NCBI GenBank assembly: GCA_023231475.1
Contig: JALJEE010002061.1
Location: forward strand, 62,001-118,187
Source of the DNA: Seison nebaliae
Taxonomy: Eukaryota
Direction: 5' to 3'
DNA: 56,187 bases
Shown here piece by piece: positions 26,714 through 39,100 of this stretch; position 1 is the stretch's first letter; each line of letters starts with the position of its first letter. A model generated the notes under the pieces. It ran no database searches. It was given only the letters and a program-made list of their open reading frames with translations, and was not told the origin of the DNA. The translations under genes and the position numbers were made by a program.

Positions 26714-28923
26714 GATAGTGAAATTATATTAAATGAAATTTTTTTTATTAATTTCAAACAATGAGAAGAAGAAGAAGTTCGAGTTTTTTCGAGAATTGCC
26801 GCTAAATCTCCATATTTTTTGATGAACGTTCGCCAACCACACAACATTTTGGAGTCGGCAACAGTCCATATCAAAAAGGAAATCGGTACCACTTGACGAT
26901 AAGTAAAGTTTATGAGGTAAATCTGCAATAAAGGATATCTCTAACTTTCTTATTAAGTTGGCGAACTGATTCGATTTACCGTCGACAATGTGAAGAAGAG
27001 AATTTCTGATAGAAATGTAAATCGTTCGATATTGAAGAAGCGATTCACCATGAATAATGGTATTAAGTGATTGACACTTTCTTTTATTGAATTAATTCCG
27101 CTTAAATCCCTTCATATACTTGACGACATTCAGATGAGGAGAAAGAACGGGAGGAGAAAAATTAAACAACTTTCCCAGGTCGTTAAGGAGAATGAACTAA
27201 AAGTAAGCGAATCATGAAATTAAATCTCGACAAATCATCTTCATGGCAATACTTATCTCTTCAGAAAAACGAATCATTGGAACAAAACGAAATTAACTTG
27301 AACGAATATCGATTAATTTACAATAACTTCTATTTTGAGCAGTTACTTCCATTCTGGTCAGACATGCTATATTATCCTCATGTGACATTATTAATATGTA
27401 AATTTTATATTCTCTCAATTGCTTATTTACTTATTCACGCTCATCATCATCGACTACTCTCGAAAATTATTGCATCAGTCAATAAATTATAAAAGAAAAA
27501 TCATTCAGTACTCTCTCATTCATTCATCTGCTCGAATCAACTTTTATTATCTCCAACAAAGAATTACATAATAATTCATTTGAATTTATCACGTAATATC
27601 AATAAATGATTTCTATAAATTATTTCCTTATTTAATTTGTAACAAATTATACATAACTGTGTATAATATACCTTAAATCTTTTATGACTTCCACCTCCGA
27701 TTCATAGTAGAAAACCAATTTTAACTCACAATTCATTATTAATGAAATTTTTTATCGACTAATTCTCAAAATTCCATTATTATTTTTTTACTCCAAAATG
27801 TTTACTATAAATAAACTAACCATAGGAAATTCATTAAGGAATGGTAAAACAATTAACCTGGACATGAAATGAAATTTATTAAAATCAAATGAAATTAGAA
27901 ATTTCAAAAATAAATTTCCTTTCAATTCCTCCCCTTTAATTTCTTTAACTTTTTGTTTACTTACTATGATGAACAATTATGATTATTATTAATTAATATC
28001 AATAGATGAAAATGTGATTGAGTAGAAAGAAATTTTATTAAGACGAAGAAATATATTTATATATTTGGTATAAAAAGAATTTCGTTTGAAGTAAATTCAA
28101 AAAAATTCTAAAAAAATAATAACAAGAAAATTTGATAAAATCAAACGGTACAATTCTCTACAAAAAATATAACATTGTCATTCAGATATATAATGGAGAA
28201 AAGAGTAGAAGATTTAACTGAAAAATTTGAAATAAATTCTTCTTTAATCAATACGGATTATTGAAGTGCTAATGAATTATTAATAAGCGTAGTAGTAATA
28301 GTGGCACACAAATAAAAATCCGTTGATTAGAATTGGGAAAGAAAAGGTTTGGCCCAACATTACCTCCTCCATTCTTTTCGTGGATTTGTGGAAATAAACA
28401 AAATTAAATAATTTGGACCCGTCTGGATTTTCAGGGGAGGGAAATGTTAAAGAAAATTGAAAGAGAGACGAAATTAATTTAAATTTGATATGTTTTTCTT
28501 CTGATTTTCTCAGTCTCATTTCTTTGTCCACATAATTAGCAGTACATCAATTAATCGACAAACATGATAAATATTTCATAATAATAATGATGATGATCAG
28601 GTCGACGATGATGATGATGGTTATGACAAATGATTCAAATGAAATTTTTTAAGGAACAAATTTTAACGAATTTCTATTAATAATTTTTTGTTGTTGGGAA
28701 AATATTAATAATAATAAGTTTTTAAACGGACTTTTTCCTTTCGTAGTGGAACGCGAATTATAAGAAATCTAAATTACGATAATTTGAAGGATGTTTTTTA
28801 CGTTACATCTTAATAATAATTGTCTGTTGGTATTTGAGATAAATAGTTGTTAAATTGTTTAAAGAAAATAGAAATTTGAATTGATTTGATGTAACAACCT
28901 GTTTTCTGATGAGGAGAAAACTT

Positions 28924-31114
28924 CTATGCGGTCAATCCTTCACCTGATCCTCGTTCGACCGGTTTATCCGTTTCCTTCTTCTTCTGATCGACCAAAATGG
29001 CGTTCAACATCTTATCCTTCACTTTCGCCTTGTCCAATGCTGATACGACAGTTTGTGCAGTATCGATATCTTCTACTGAAACTAATGCCGTTCCATTCTC
29101 AGCTTGCCATATGACATGCATAGGTAAATCTGAAAGGAAAATTGATGGGAATGTTATAAACAATTCTATAAAATTAACTTCCCACTTTACTGCGAATTTC
29201 ATCTTTCAATTCATCAATCTTCAAATCTAATGGAATATTTTTGATGTTGATGGCAATTCCATCTTTTCTGGATATTCGACGATTTTGTTTCGGTCGTCTA
29301 CCACGTCCACTTTGACCACCACGCGGTTTATGAAATTGTCGTGAGTTTCCTGTATTGTTCCCGTTATAATCGGTTGTCTGTCGTCCATTTTGTCCGCTCG
29401 GCCCATTCGACTCATTCTCCATCTCGTTCATCGGTCGTTCACTATAAGGACGATTACTTCGGAAAACTCGAGGATTGAACTTTCCGCCTCCTCTTGATCG
29501 ACGCATATATGGTCGTCCACGATTGTTGGAATAACGTCCTGAATAACCACGTCGAGGAAATTGACCGGAATAATGCGATTTTCCCATAACTTGTCCGTCA
29601 TTCATGATAATTCCATCTCCTTTCTCATTAGGAATTGGAACATCTACAGTTGAATCTCCGAAATTATTTTGATCATGAGATCGATGACTAAAATGACGAT
29701 CGTTCTGTGAACGATATGGACGTCTGAAACGACCACGACCATTAAAGCCACGTCGATTAAATGGACCACCTCGTCGATGATCTCGAGATCGATTCATATA
29801 TCGATAATTATTTCGATAATGCTGACCGTACGGTTGACGAAAGGGATAACGGCGAAAACCGACATTCTGTCGATATGATTTCTCCACCGTCAACTTATCC
29901 TCATCAATGCACAAATCTTTCATTTTTTCGATAACATCTTCCGTCGTAATGTTTTCCGTTTTCAATTCAAAAATGAGGAAAGCATATCCTTGTCGTCCAT
30001 TCCATTCAACGGTGAATTGAGGAACTCCACAATCTCGAACCGCTTTCTTCAAATCTCGTACTCGATGATTTGGTTTTAGGTTACCGATATAAATGTTGCT
30101 TGTTGCAAATCGTCGGAAATGCGGTTTCACCAACAAAAGTTTATTTAAAGTTTCTTCCGTCGGATCTTCCGTTTCACCTTCTACCTTCACATCTTTCCCA
30201 TCTTTGAAGAGGATGAGACGCAACTTTTTCAGAATGAAAGTTCGTTCTAATTTCTCTCCATTTAATTTACTCCATTCAATCGTTTTCGGTTTCTCTCGTT
30301 TGGGAGTGGTACGTATAACGGAATTGGGTGTGACCACATAATCGATAACCATATCAAAATTAGTTATTTCACTTTCTGGAATCAATCCGTCCAATACTTG
30401 ACAATCATGCACTAACGTCATTACCGGAGTATTTTCGTCAGCAATTTCGATATCACGAAGTGCCGAATATTCAATATCTCCAAATCCTCTACCACGTCCT
30501 AATCGATTACCATTTTGATCAACAGCCACACTTCCAACAACGATCAAATCCATTTTCAATTTATCTTCAACTTTGATCGCTTCTCCGTGCATCTTAGCGC
30601 CCGTTTGTGTCGAACAGGAACGAAGTGTATCTTCTTCATAATTCGGTGGGACAATCTTATAAAGAATTCCATCTTGTAATCGTGAAATTGGAACAAATAA
30701 CTCCTTCTTCGCTTTCAAAATCAAATAACGAAGTTCTTGTAAAGCGGCGTCCGGGTCACATTTAATACGTTGTGCATCCAAAAACACTTGAGATTGTGCA
30801 CACTTTTCTGCACAGATATTGCTCGTCGTGTAATTTGGAATACGTCCGGTGGCTGGTCGTGGAAATTTCGTGATTCGACATTCATCCATCATTTTCCACA
30901 CTTTGGAACGGAGAGTAGCCTTCTTATCCTCCTCACAAACCGTTATTGGCTGAGGCACCTTCGCTGTCACTACCGTCGTCTTCTCAACAACTGCAGGAAC
31001 GACTTTCTCCTCTTCTACCTGAACAGGTTCCTCTTTCGGTTTCTCCTCGTCATGTACGACCGGTTCCGATTTAACCACATCCACCTTCTCCTTTTCGACT
31101 ACGTCAACTGTCAT
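28924..31114 (-). CDS. MTHFSD: Methenyltetrahydrofolate synthetase domain-containing RNA-binding protein (MTHFSD / Drosophila lost-like)
   Basis: Exons 31114-29179 and 29129-28924 (49-nt intron gttaat...tttcag), ~713 aa. Motifs FPRP..GRIPNY, KCDPD..LQELR, DLIVVGSVAV...GNRLGRGRGFGDIEY and TLVHDCQV, followed by RRM-like NIYIGNL..RVRDLK..GYAFL. Confidence 0.92.
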
Positions 31115-32173
31115 ACTTTCCAATCAACTACTGCTAATTCTAATGAGAGTTTAATTACATATAAGATTGGAAGAAAAAGATTGGAAATGTAAACTTTTCT
31201 TGTCCTTATTTATTGCCCGTATTCGAAGGCTTCTCGTATTCAATCAAACTACTTTTCTTTCTTTCAAAAATTCTTTTAAAAGCACATAACCTTTCAAATA
31301 TTCTCTTTCTCTTCAACTATATATAGAAGCTTGTTGGAGAACGTGGCATCGTGTAACATGGACGATATATTCTACCATTTTTTCCAACTTCTTCTTACAC
31401 ATCATTCCAATATTCCACTTGTCAATTATTTCATTTCTATTCTAAGCTTATCCACTTGAACTGTCATTTCCCTCCCTTTCCCAATTCTTACCTTTCAACT
31501 CATCGACCAATGAAATTGTACTAAATGTATTTTTGTCAGTTGGGGTTTCTGTTTTACCAACAAACAGCTGTAACTTCATGATTGGTTAATTATTTATTCA
31601 TTCATTTTTTTTTCTTTTATTTCTTTCCCTCTCCATTCTCTATTGGTTGTTCATTTTTTTTAGGAATTTTCATTCATATTTTCTATCACTCACTCTCCAC
31701 ACTCTGTCTACAGTATTTCCCCTCTCTCTCTAGTCATTTCTGTATGAGAAGATATTTTTTATTTTCCATATGGAATTTAATGTGAAATAGTTCCTCGATA
31801 TTCGAAGACATTCATTTCAAAATCATCTGTTGAGCAAGAAAATTTGAATTTTTGTAAAACTTTAAATAAAATTTGTGATTTATTAATTGGATTTGAGATT
31901 AATTATAAAATTATTCAAATTAAAAACTAAACAAAATAATTTGTTGCATATAACATTATAATGATTTTAATATTTCAATTATCGTTCAAGTTCAAGTTTA
32001 AGTTCTTATTTACTAAACTTACAAAATATAGTTACGTTAGCTAATAATTGTAATTTTTCTCTTTTTCCAAATTTACGAATAATTATCGAGTAAATCAAAA
32101 ATAAGTTCAAATTAATTTGAGACAATTGCCACGAAGTTCTTCGAGACACTTTCGTCTAAATTCAACAAATAAC

Positions 32174-34030
32174 ATGGGTTTAAATTTTTTGAAAATAATT
32201 GATGATTTCCTCGATAACTACCGCGCAATTGCCATCGAAGGAAATAAAGAGAAATTAGAATTATTTTGTCAACAGAACGAAGACATTCTCTCAAAATGGA
32301 AATTAGTTTTGAAAATGATTTTTGCTCGAATGACAGGTTCAAATTTAATATGGAATGAAAATATATTTAAATTAATTTAATTAGATTATTTTGATTATAA
32401 AAATTGGAAGAAACATTCTAAAAACTATCAATTCCACACATTCATTTGGATGTTACGAACTTTATTCATTATAAGTGAAGACGTTATCATTGAGAATGTT
32501 GAAAGAATTTTACAGAAAAACACAACAGATATGAATGAACGGATGATGAAATTTGATGGAAATATCAAAGATGTTTATACTTATCACTATTTCAAAGAGA
32601 AATTACAAGAATTCACATCATTGCTATTTCATAAAAATTTCGATAATTCCATATTTCGAATAATTGGAGAATATTTATTGAATCAATATCATATCATTAT
32701 TAGATATTATTTGGAAGAACAAGAAAGTGATTTATTGAGGAAGATTCGTGTAAATAATATTAATGATAATGGTGAATTGTATTTCGTTCAAAGTCCGGCT
32801 CGATTAGATTTTACTGGTTCCTGGTCTGATCTAGTTCCCATTTGCTTCGACGAACAATACGCCTCCCACGTTTTGAACGTCGCGATTCTAGTCAATGAAC
32901 AGATGCCAATTGGTTGTTTTAACGAATTTATTGACGATCCATCATCAATTGGGAATTATATTCTGTATCATGAATATGGTTTAAATGATGACGACAACGA
33001 TGCAATACAGACACAAATATCGTCGATAGATGATGTGAAGAAATTATTAAAATTAAAAACGAGAAGGAAAATCGATTTGGAAGAAATGGTTCAATGGGCG
33101 GAAAATGATTCGAAGAATAAAATTGATCTAATTGACGCGATTTTGAGTTTGTTCAATTTTAGTGCACGAATTACGAAATACCTCAGTGTAAATAAATCAC
33201 GAGTCTTCTCAATTTCTACTTATAGCGCTTTACCGAAATGTTCAGGTTTAGGAACCAGTTCCATTTTATGTACATCTCTCATTAAATTGTTCAGTGAATT
33301 ATTGAGAATTGATTTAAGTAGAAAGGAACTAATTCGAACAGCGATGATAGCTGAACAATATCTAACATCAGGTGGCGGTTGGCAAGATATGGCAGCTGTA
33401 TTAACACCAGGACTTATTTTACGTTATCATGAACGAAAGACGAATTGTCCGTCGAATGAAATGAATATTGGGGAATTGTCCGTTGATAAAGAAAATGAAA
33501 TTTATAATATATTTAATGACCGATTATATCTACTTTATACGGGCAAAACCAGATTATCAACCAATCTCACCAAACAAGTTTTAAGAAAATATTTACTGTA
33601 TATGAATGTGGAGAAATATTTAGGGGAAATGATAAGAAATGCACAAAATTCTTACAATTCATTCGAAGGCAAATTAATGAATTATGAAAAGTTTTGTGAA
33701 AGTTTGAATATTCACCGAAAAATGAAGAACAATATCGCCAATGAAGAATCGAATGAACAATTCAAAAAAATAGAGGAGATTTTAGGTGAACTCAGTGATT
33801 GTTTCAGTTTCGGTGGTGCTGGTGGTGGTGGTTTTTATTTTGGTTTACGGAAAGAAAAATTTCAAAAATTTGAGTTCGAACAACTCATTCTCGATTATTG
33901 TAAAGTTAATTTTATTTTCAAAATCATTTAATTATAAATAATATTTTAAAAGGAGAAATCTGATATGAAATTTTATTCCGTCAAACTCTCGACAATTTCG
34001 TTGAAAATAGAAAAAATTGAAATTTCTTAA
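32174..34030 (+). CDS. FCSK: L-fucose kinase (GHMP kinase family), N-terminally shortened
   Basis: Exons 32174-32336, 32385-33904, 33953-34030 (two 48-nt introns), ~586 aa. Motifs SPARLDFTGSWSD, LPKCSGLGTSSIL, EQYLTSGGGWQD, LLYTGKTRLS and GAGGGGF match the fucokinase GHMP domain. Confidence 0.85.
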
Positions 34031-34044
34031 ATATTAAATTAAAT

Positions 34045-34584
34045 TTAAAGGAAACTCATTCCATTCCTTCGATAAAATGAATCTTCTATTATTTTACTTC
34101 GAGCATAATGAGGACCCTTCGATTGTTCGGCATTCTCATTAATTTTCCATCCATATTCCATGGAAGAAAGAACGGGAAAATTATATCGTTCTTCTGGTTT
34201 ATTACGAGATCGATTATGAAGATATTGATAACGTCCTTTCTGTTCTTGACTTAAGCCTTCGTACAATAATTGTTTCTGTTCGCAATTAACATCCAACATA
34301 TCTTTCGTTTCTTTTAAAATTTTGAGTTGTTCAGACGACGGTGGAACGAATGCTTTCGATTTAGGTTTGGGAGGATATTTGACATCATTCAATGAACTCG
34401 TCCGATACAATTTACTTCTATCATCCAAATATTTTTTGATTTCCAATTCATTGTTAAGATTTGGTAATTTCTCCTCTTGTTTTCCTTTCTTCGTCAAATG
34501 CCACTGTACTCTCGTTACCGATTCTTTATTGATTAATTCATTCCATGCATTCTGCGTTCGAACATCCATTCCCATTCGCGCCAT
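34045..34584 (-). CDS. SPMIP1: Axonemal microtubule inner protein SPMIP1/ATP6V1FNB-like
   Basis: 179 aa from ATG 34584: QNAWNELINKES.TR..W, LLYEG.S.E.KGRYQYL..R....PEERY.FP.LSSMEYGW, R..II.DSFYRRNG. This pattern is characteristic of the ATP6V1FNB family. An X-box lies upstream. Confidence 0.8.
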   Translation of the reverse strand: MARMGMDVRTQNAWNELINKESVTRVQWHLTKKGKQEEKLPNLNNELEIKKYLDDRSKLYRTSSLNDVKYPPKPKSKAFVPPSSEQLKILKETKDMLDVNCEQKQLLYEGLSQEQKGRYQYLHNRSRNKPEERYNFPVLSSMEYGWKINENAEQSKGPHYARSKIIEDSFYRRNGMSFL

Positions 34585-34728
34585 GATAGTGAAGAATATT
34601 GACAATAAAATTGACAAGTTAATTATTAAGAAAGTTCGATATTTTGGAATATATTTATTCAAGTTGTTGAGATACGAAAGAATTGAAAAGCACTATGGAA
34701 ACATTATGTTTTTATTATTATTCAACTT

Positions 34729-34742
34729 GTTACCATGGTAAC
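34729..34742. promoter_or_regulatory. RFX X-box, perfect palindrome GTTACCATGGTAAC
   Basis: Exact 14-bp palindrome fitting the X-box consensus GTNRCC-N0-3-RGYAAC, ~145 nt upstream of the SPMIP1-like ATG. Confidence 0.85.
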
Positions 34743-36121
34743 GGTACGAGGAGTTTTAAACAAACTTTTCATTTTTCTTCGTTTTTAGGACCATAAAATT
34801 GACAGTTCAATTTTGAGAAGTTACAACATTAAGAAAAATTAAATCTTATCTAACTGTTTCAGAGGTGAAACTATTTTCTTGATAATAATCTGTAAATTAT
34901 TTATCATGATCATAAATAATATTTATTAAATATATTTATTATATTTTCCTAGAATTTTTATGAAAGGAAATTTGGGAAAAGAAATTGTTGTTGAAGTTAG
35001 TTGAATTAAATTGAATTCAATTCAATTTTGTCTATCTTATTCATGTCATATTCATACAATTCAATGAATTGTATTATGAATTGACTTATGATTATTGTTT
35101 CTTAATATTCTTGTATCCATATATAATTGAATAATCAAGTGGGAAATAAGATAAATGAAAGAAGATTGTTGAATGTTGATGAAGTGTCGTAATATTTCAT
35201 TATGTTCCCTTGATATTTGGTTATCCTATATAAATGTTTGATAACTTATACTTATTCTAACTTACAATAATTAAAGCAATAACTTATATTCTAATATATT
35301 AAACAAGTTTAGCGAGTTATCGGAGTTTCTGAACGGGAACACTTTGTATGATTATTGGATATATCTAATATTTCGTCATGAGTGTTCGTGCTATCGATTT
35401 ATCTTTCTCTCTTCTTTCTTTTTTTTTTAATACTTTATTTTTGTTTTTCTTTTTCTGTTTGTTTGTTTTTTTTTCTTCTTTAATTTAACTCATTTTTTAT
35501 TTTATCCCTCATGGGAGTTTTCTTCACTTTTTGTGAGCAATAAATAATAATAATAATATTATATTATATATTAATATATTATTGAGAATTTATTTAATAC
35601 AAGTTTTAAGTATTAGAGAGTGTTTTCGGACGTCTTGTTCGATGATAATACGTACAAAATGGGAAGGTATTTGCATTAAATGAATGAAGAGTTGGGAGAA
35701 ATTAGAATAAAAATTTATTTATTTATTGTTTGATAAATATTAGAATAAGTTGAAAGGAATAATTCATGCTGCTCTCTTATGTTTAGCAATAGAATATGTT
35801 TAACACGATTTAGACATTTGGAAAGAATGTTGTTGAGAAAGAAAATGGGAAAGTAATTTTCACTTGTTTCATTATCAATGGAAAAGAGAGAGAGAGAGAG
35901 ATATATGAGAGAGAATTGAGAATCACATTATAACAGATAATTTGATTGTTGTGAAAGGAGAAATGGAAAAAATTTGTCTAACGGAAAAGAAATAGTAAAA
36001 TTATATAATAATCAATCGATCGATTGGACAGATAAAAAAAGGAAATGAATAGAACTTTAAATAAAACATTGGAAGTTGTTGGAAAAAGAAATAAATTAGA
36101 TTTTATGCGTCCGAGATATCT

Positions 36122-39100
36122 CTAGATGGGTTCTTGATTTTCAGCCGCTAACTTGTTAGCTTTTATTCTTAGAACTTCCATGATGATGTTGGTGATCACT
36201 GTTGATTTGACATTAGACGATTCATTCTCTAACGTCGCTTCATCACTGTCAGCTGATATGGTTGTTGATGTATCAGGCGAACGAGCACGTTTCATTTCTT
36301 TACAAAGACTAGTACTTGTCGAACGATCGGGATGATAACGTTTTCGACTATTCAAAGATTTCATAATTAACGGATTATTATCGTTCTCATCGGCAGAATT
36401 CATTTGATCATCATTCCCACTAATATTCTCATCATTCGATGATACTGAATTAAATGGAGAGAATGATGTCGATCGATTCATGGTAACACTGCGACAACTG
36501 AAGGAACTGTTTCGATATAATGCTCGTAATCGATGACGATTATCTCGGACATCTCGATTCAATAATCGACGATAACGGAAACGACCATCATGAAATAATA
36601 ATCCTCGAAGACATCGTCCCGAACGTGTAGTTGTTCCATTCGATGATGTTGATTGACATAACAATTTATTTTTATCATTTATTTCATTTGTTGTCGGATT
36701 TGATGGTAGATTTGATGAGGATACAGTTGTGGCAATTGGTGTGGAGATATTGGAAGATGACATAGAGGAATTAATTATGGTATCATTTTGTTGAAGTAAT
36801 GATGGTAATGATGTCATTTCACAAATATTCTTATAGAATTGATTCGATTCATCATCATCATTCAAATTGTATGAAAGATCATCGACATTGGCATGTTGTG
36901 ATCTGGACAAGGAAATGGAATGAGATCGAATTGGTGTCAAGTTATTTAACATCTCATGACGTGTTGAATCATTATCATCCAATTTCTTTTTGGAATCGAT
37001 GGATGATAATGTGGGAGATTGATCGAATTGTGAAATTAATTTCGAATCGACAACATTCGACGTGTTCTGTTTCAACATACTTAATAAATTCGATTCTTTT
37101 TTGATTTTTTCGTTTGGAAGAAGTTGAGAATCCTTCAACTTCTCGTGACTACTACTACTTCCTGTGGTACTACTACTACTACTACCACGACCACTACTAC
37201 AAATATTATTCGAATTGTCATTCATCGTATTTTTGACGAGAATTCCTGAATCTTTCGACGAATATTTCTTCTCCTCCTCATTCAACTTCTTTTGAAGTTT
37301 CTCTTCTACTTCATCCTCTTTCATTTCTTTATCATCATCATTATCATCTATTTCTGCATTCTTCTCATCACATCGAATGTTGATGTCACTGTTACTCTTA
37401 TAATTTAACATATTCAGAGTGGCTTCTTGTCGATGATTCGGATAAACTGATTTCAATGATTCTCGATTTGTTATCTTGTGCAGATTCATTAATGATCTCG
37501 TTATCGAATTATTATTCTGTCCATCAGTTGATGATTGTGCATTTGTCCAATGCATTTGAACATCTAAAGGCGAGACACACGAACTATCACCACCGTCAAC
37601 ACCAGAATCCGTTTTCGATGAATAAGCATCATTCCCCAATTTCTCATAATAACAATAAGGCTGTTGTTGTTGTTGTTCTTGTAATTTATCTAAATCTACT
37701 ATTTTTTGTTGAGTTTGAATATTATTATTATTATTATTATTATTATTATCATCGAAATTATGTTGATAGAACATTGGATTTCCGTTTAATGGTAATTCTT
37801 GTTGCTCATCTGATTGTTTCATTGACCATTTATCAGATATTTGTGGATCGACATTCTCCGATTTCAATCGAACAATATCTGCAATTTTTCTTTGAATATT
37901 CTCCTTTATTAATTTTCGATAAATCGATTCCTCGTCTGATGAGGAGGAGGTGGTGGACGATGGGATTTTCGATGGAGTCGACACTGGCTCTTGTTTGACG
38001 ATAGTTGAAGCGACATGTTGCTTCTGTTGTAGAGCAGCAGCCATCGCCATAAATGAGGATTGTGACAACGAATAATTTGGCATCGAATTATCGAGTTTGG
38101 ATGGAAGTGCCATCGATATGCTGCTAACGGCCGTTAAAGGAATTGATGGTAATTGATCTGATTGACAATTCTTTGAGTTATTTCCGTTTAATTGTTGTTG
38201 TTTATTTAATTTCGTAGAATTGAGTATTGGAACATTCGTTACTTGTTTCGATGATCTTTTCGTTTGATTATTATTCGATTCTAATAATTTGGATGGATCG
38301 TCTTTGACTGGAGCGAGACGACTTGATCCATTCTTTCTGATAGATCGTTTGATTTCTTCAGGATGTCTCATAAATCGATAGAGTAAACGACGACCTGGTT
38401 CTCGACAAATGATGTTATTCGGATAATAATATCTCATTCCACGAGACAACTTCTCATAAGTCATCGACAAACGATTCTTTTGTAGACCCCAAAGTGCTGC
38501 CAATTTTTCTGCTTGAACTATTCGAAAAACTAAACGAACGTGGTCTTCCCATCTTATGACATTCTCGTAGTTGTCATCTTCCAAAAGAATGAAAAGATAT
38601 TCCCAAAGAATTCGACAAGTTTTTGCTTGAGGAGGACGACGGAGAATATCTCCACGAAAATCGATATAATCTGTATAAAATTTTATTTGTCTCGTTTTAT
38701 CTTCCACACCTAATGGACCGACAACAACTGATGATGAACCATCATCGACATCATCATCATCACAATGACTACAATCGAGACTTTTATCTTTATTCGCTTT
38801 CTGTCGATAGACTTTCCGTTGTCGTTTTGTGGTTATTGTTGATTCGTCGAAATCCTTTTTCTTATTCTCCGCTGATTGCTGTTGTGCCAATGTTGGAGAT
38901 GGTGTGACGCATGATGTATCGATTGTACTTGGAGTTGACGTTCGTCCAATAAGAACATCTTTATTAAATAAATGTTTTTCGTACGAATTTCCTCCCGATG
39001 CTGATGGTGACGATGATGGCACCAAAGATTCCATGTGATGCATATGTTGGAAATTATTATGAGAGTGATTGTTCGATATAAACATTTGATATTTTGGGTC

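Noticed and set aside
4437..28531. Dozens of 60-135-aa F/I/L/S-rich ORFs in non-coding regions and antisense to genes
   Set aside because: Their composition is what AT-rich non-coding DNA produces by chance. Many use TTG/GTG starts and none has a domain.
34585..34662. Hydrophobic leader on the 205-aa ORF
   Set aside because: It comes from a non-ATG start in AT-rich UTR. Family similarity begins at the ATG at 34584.
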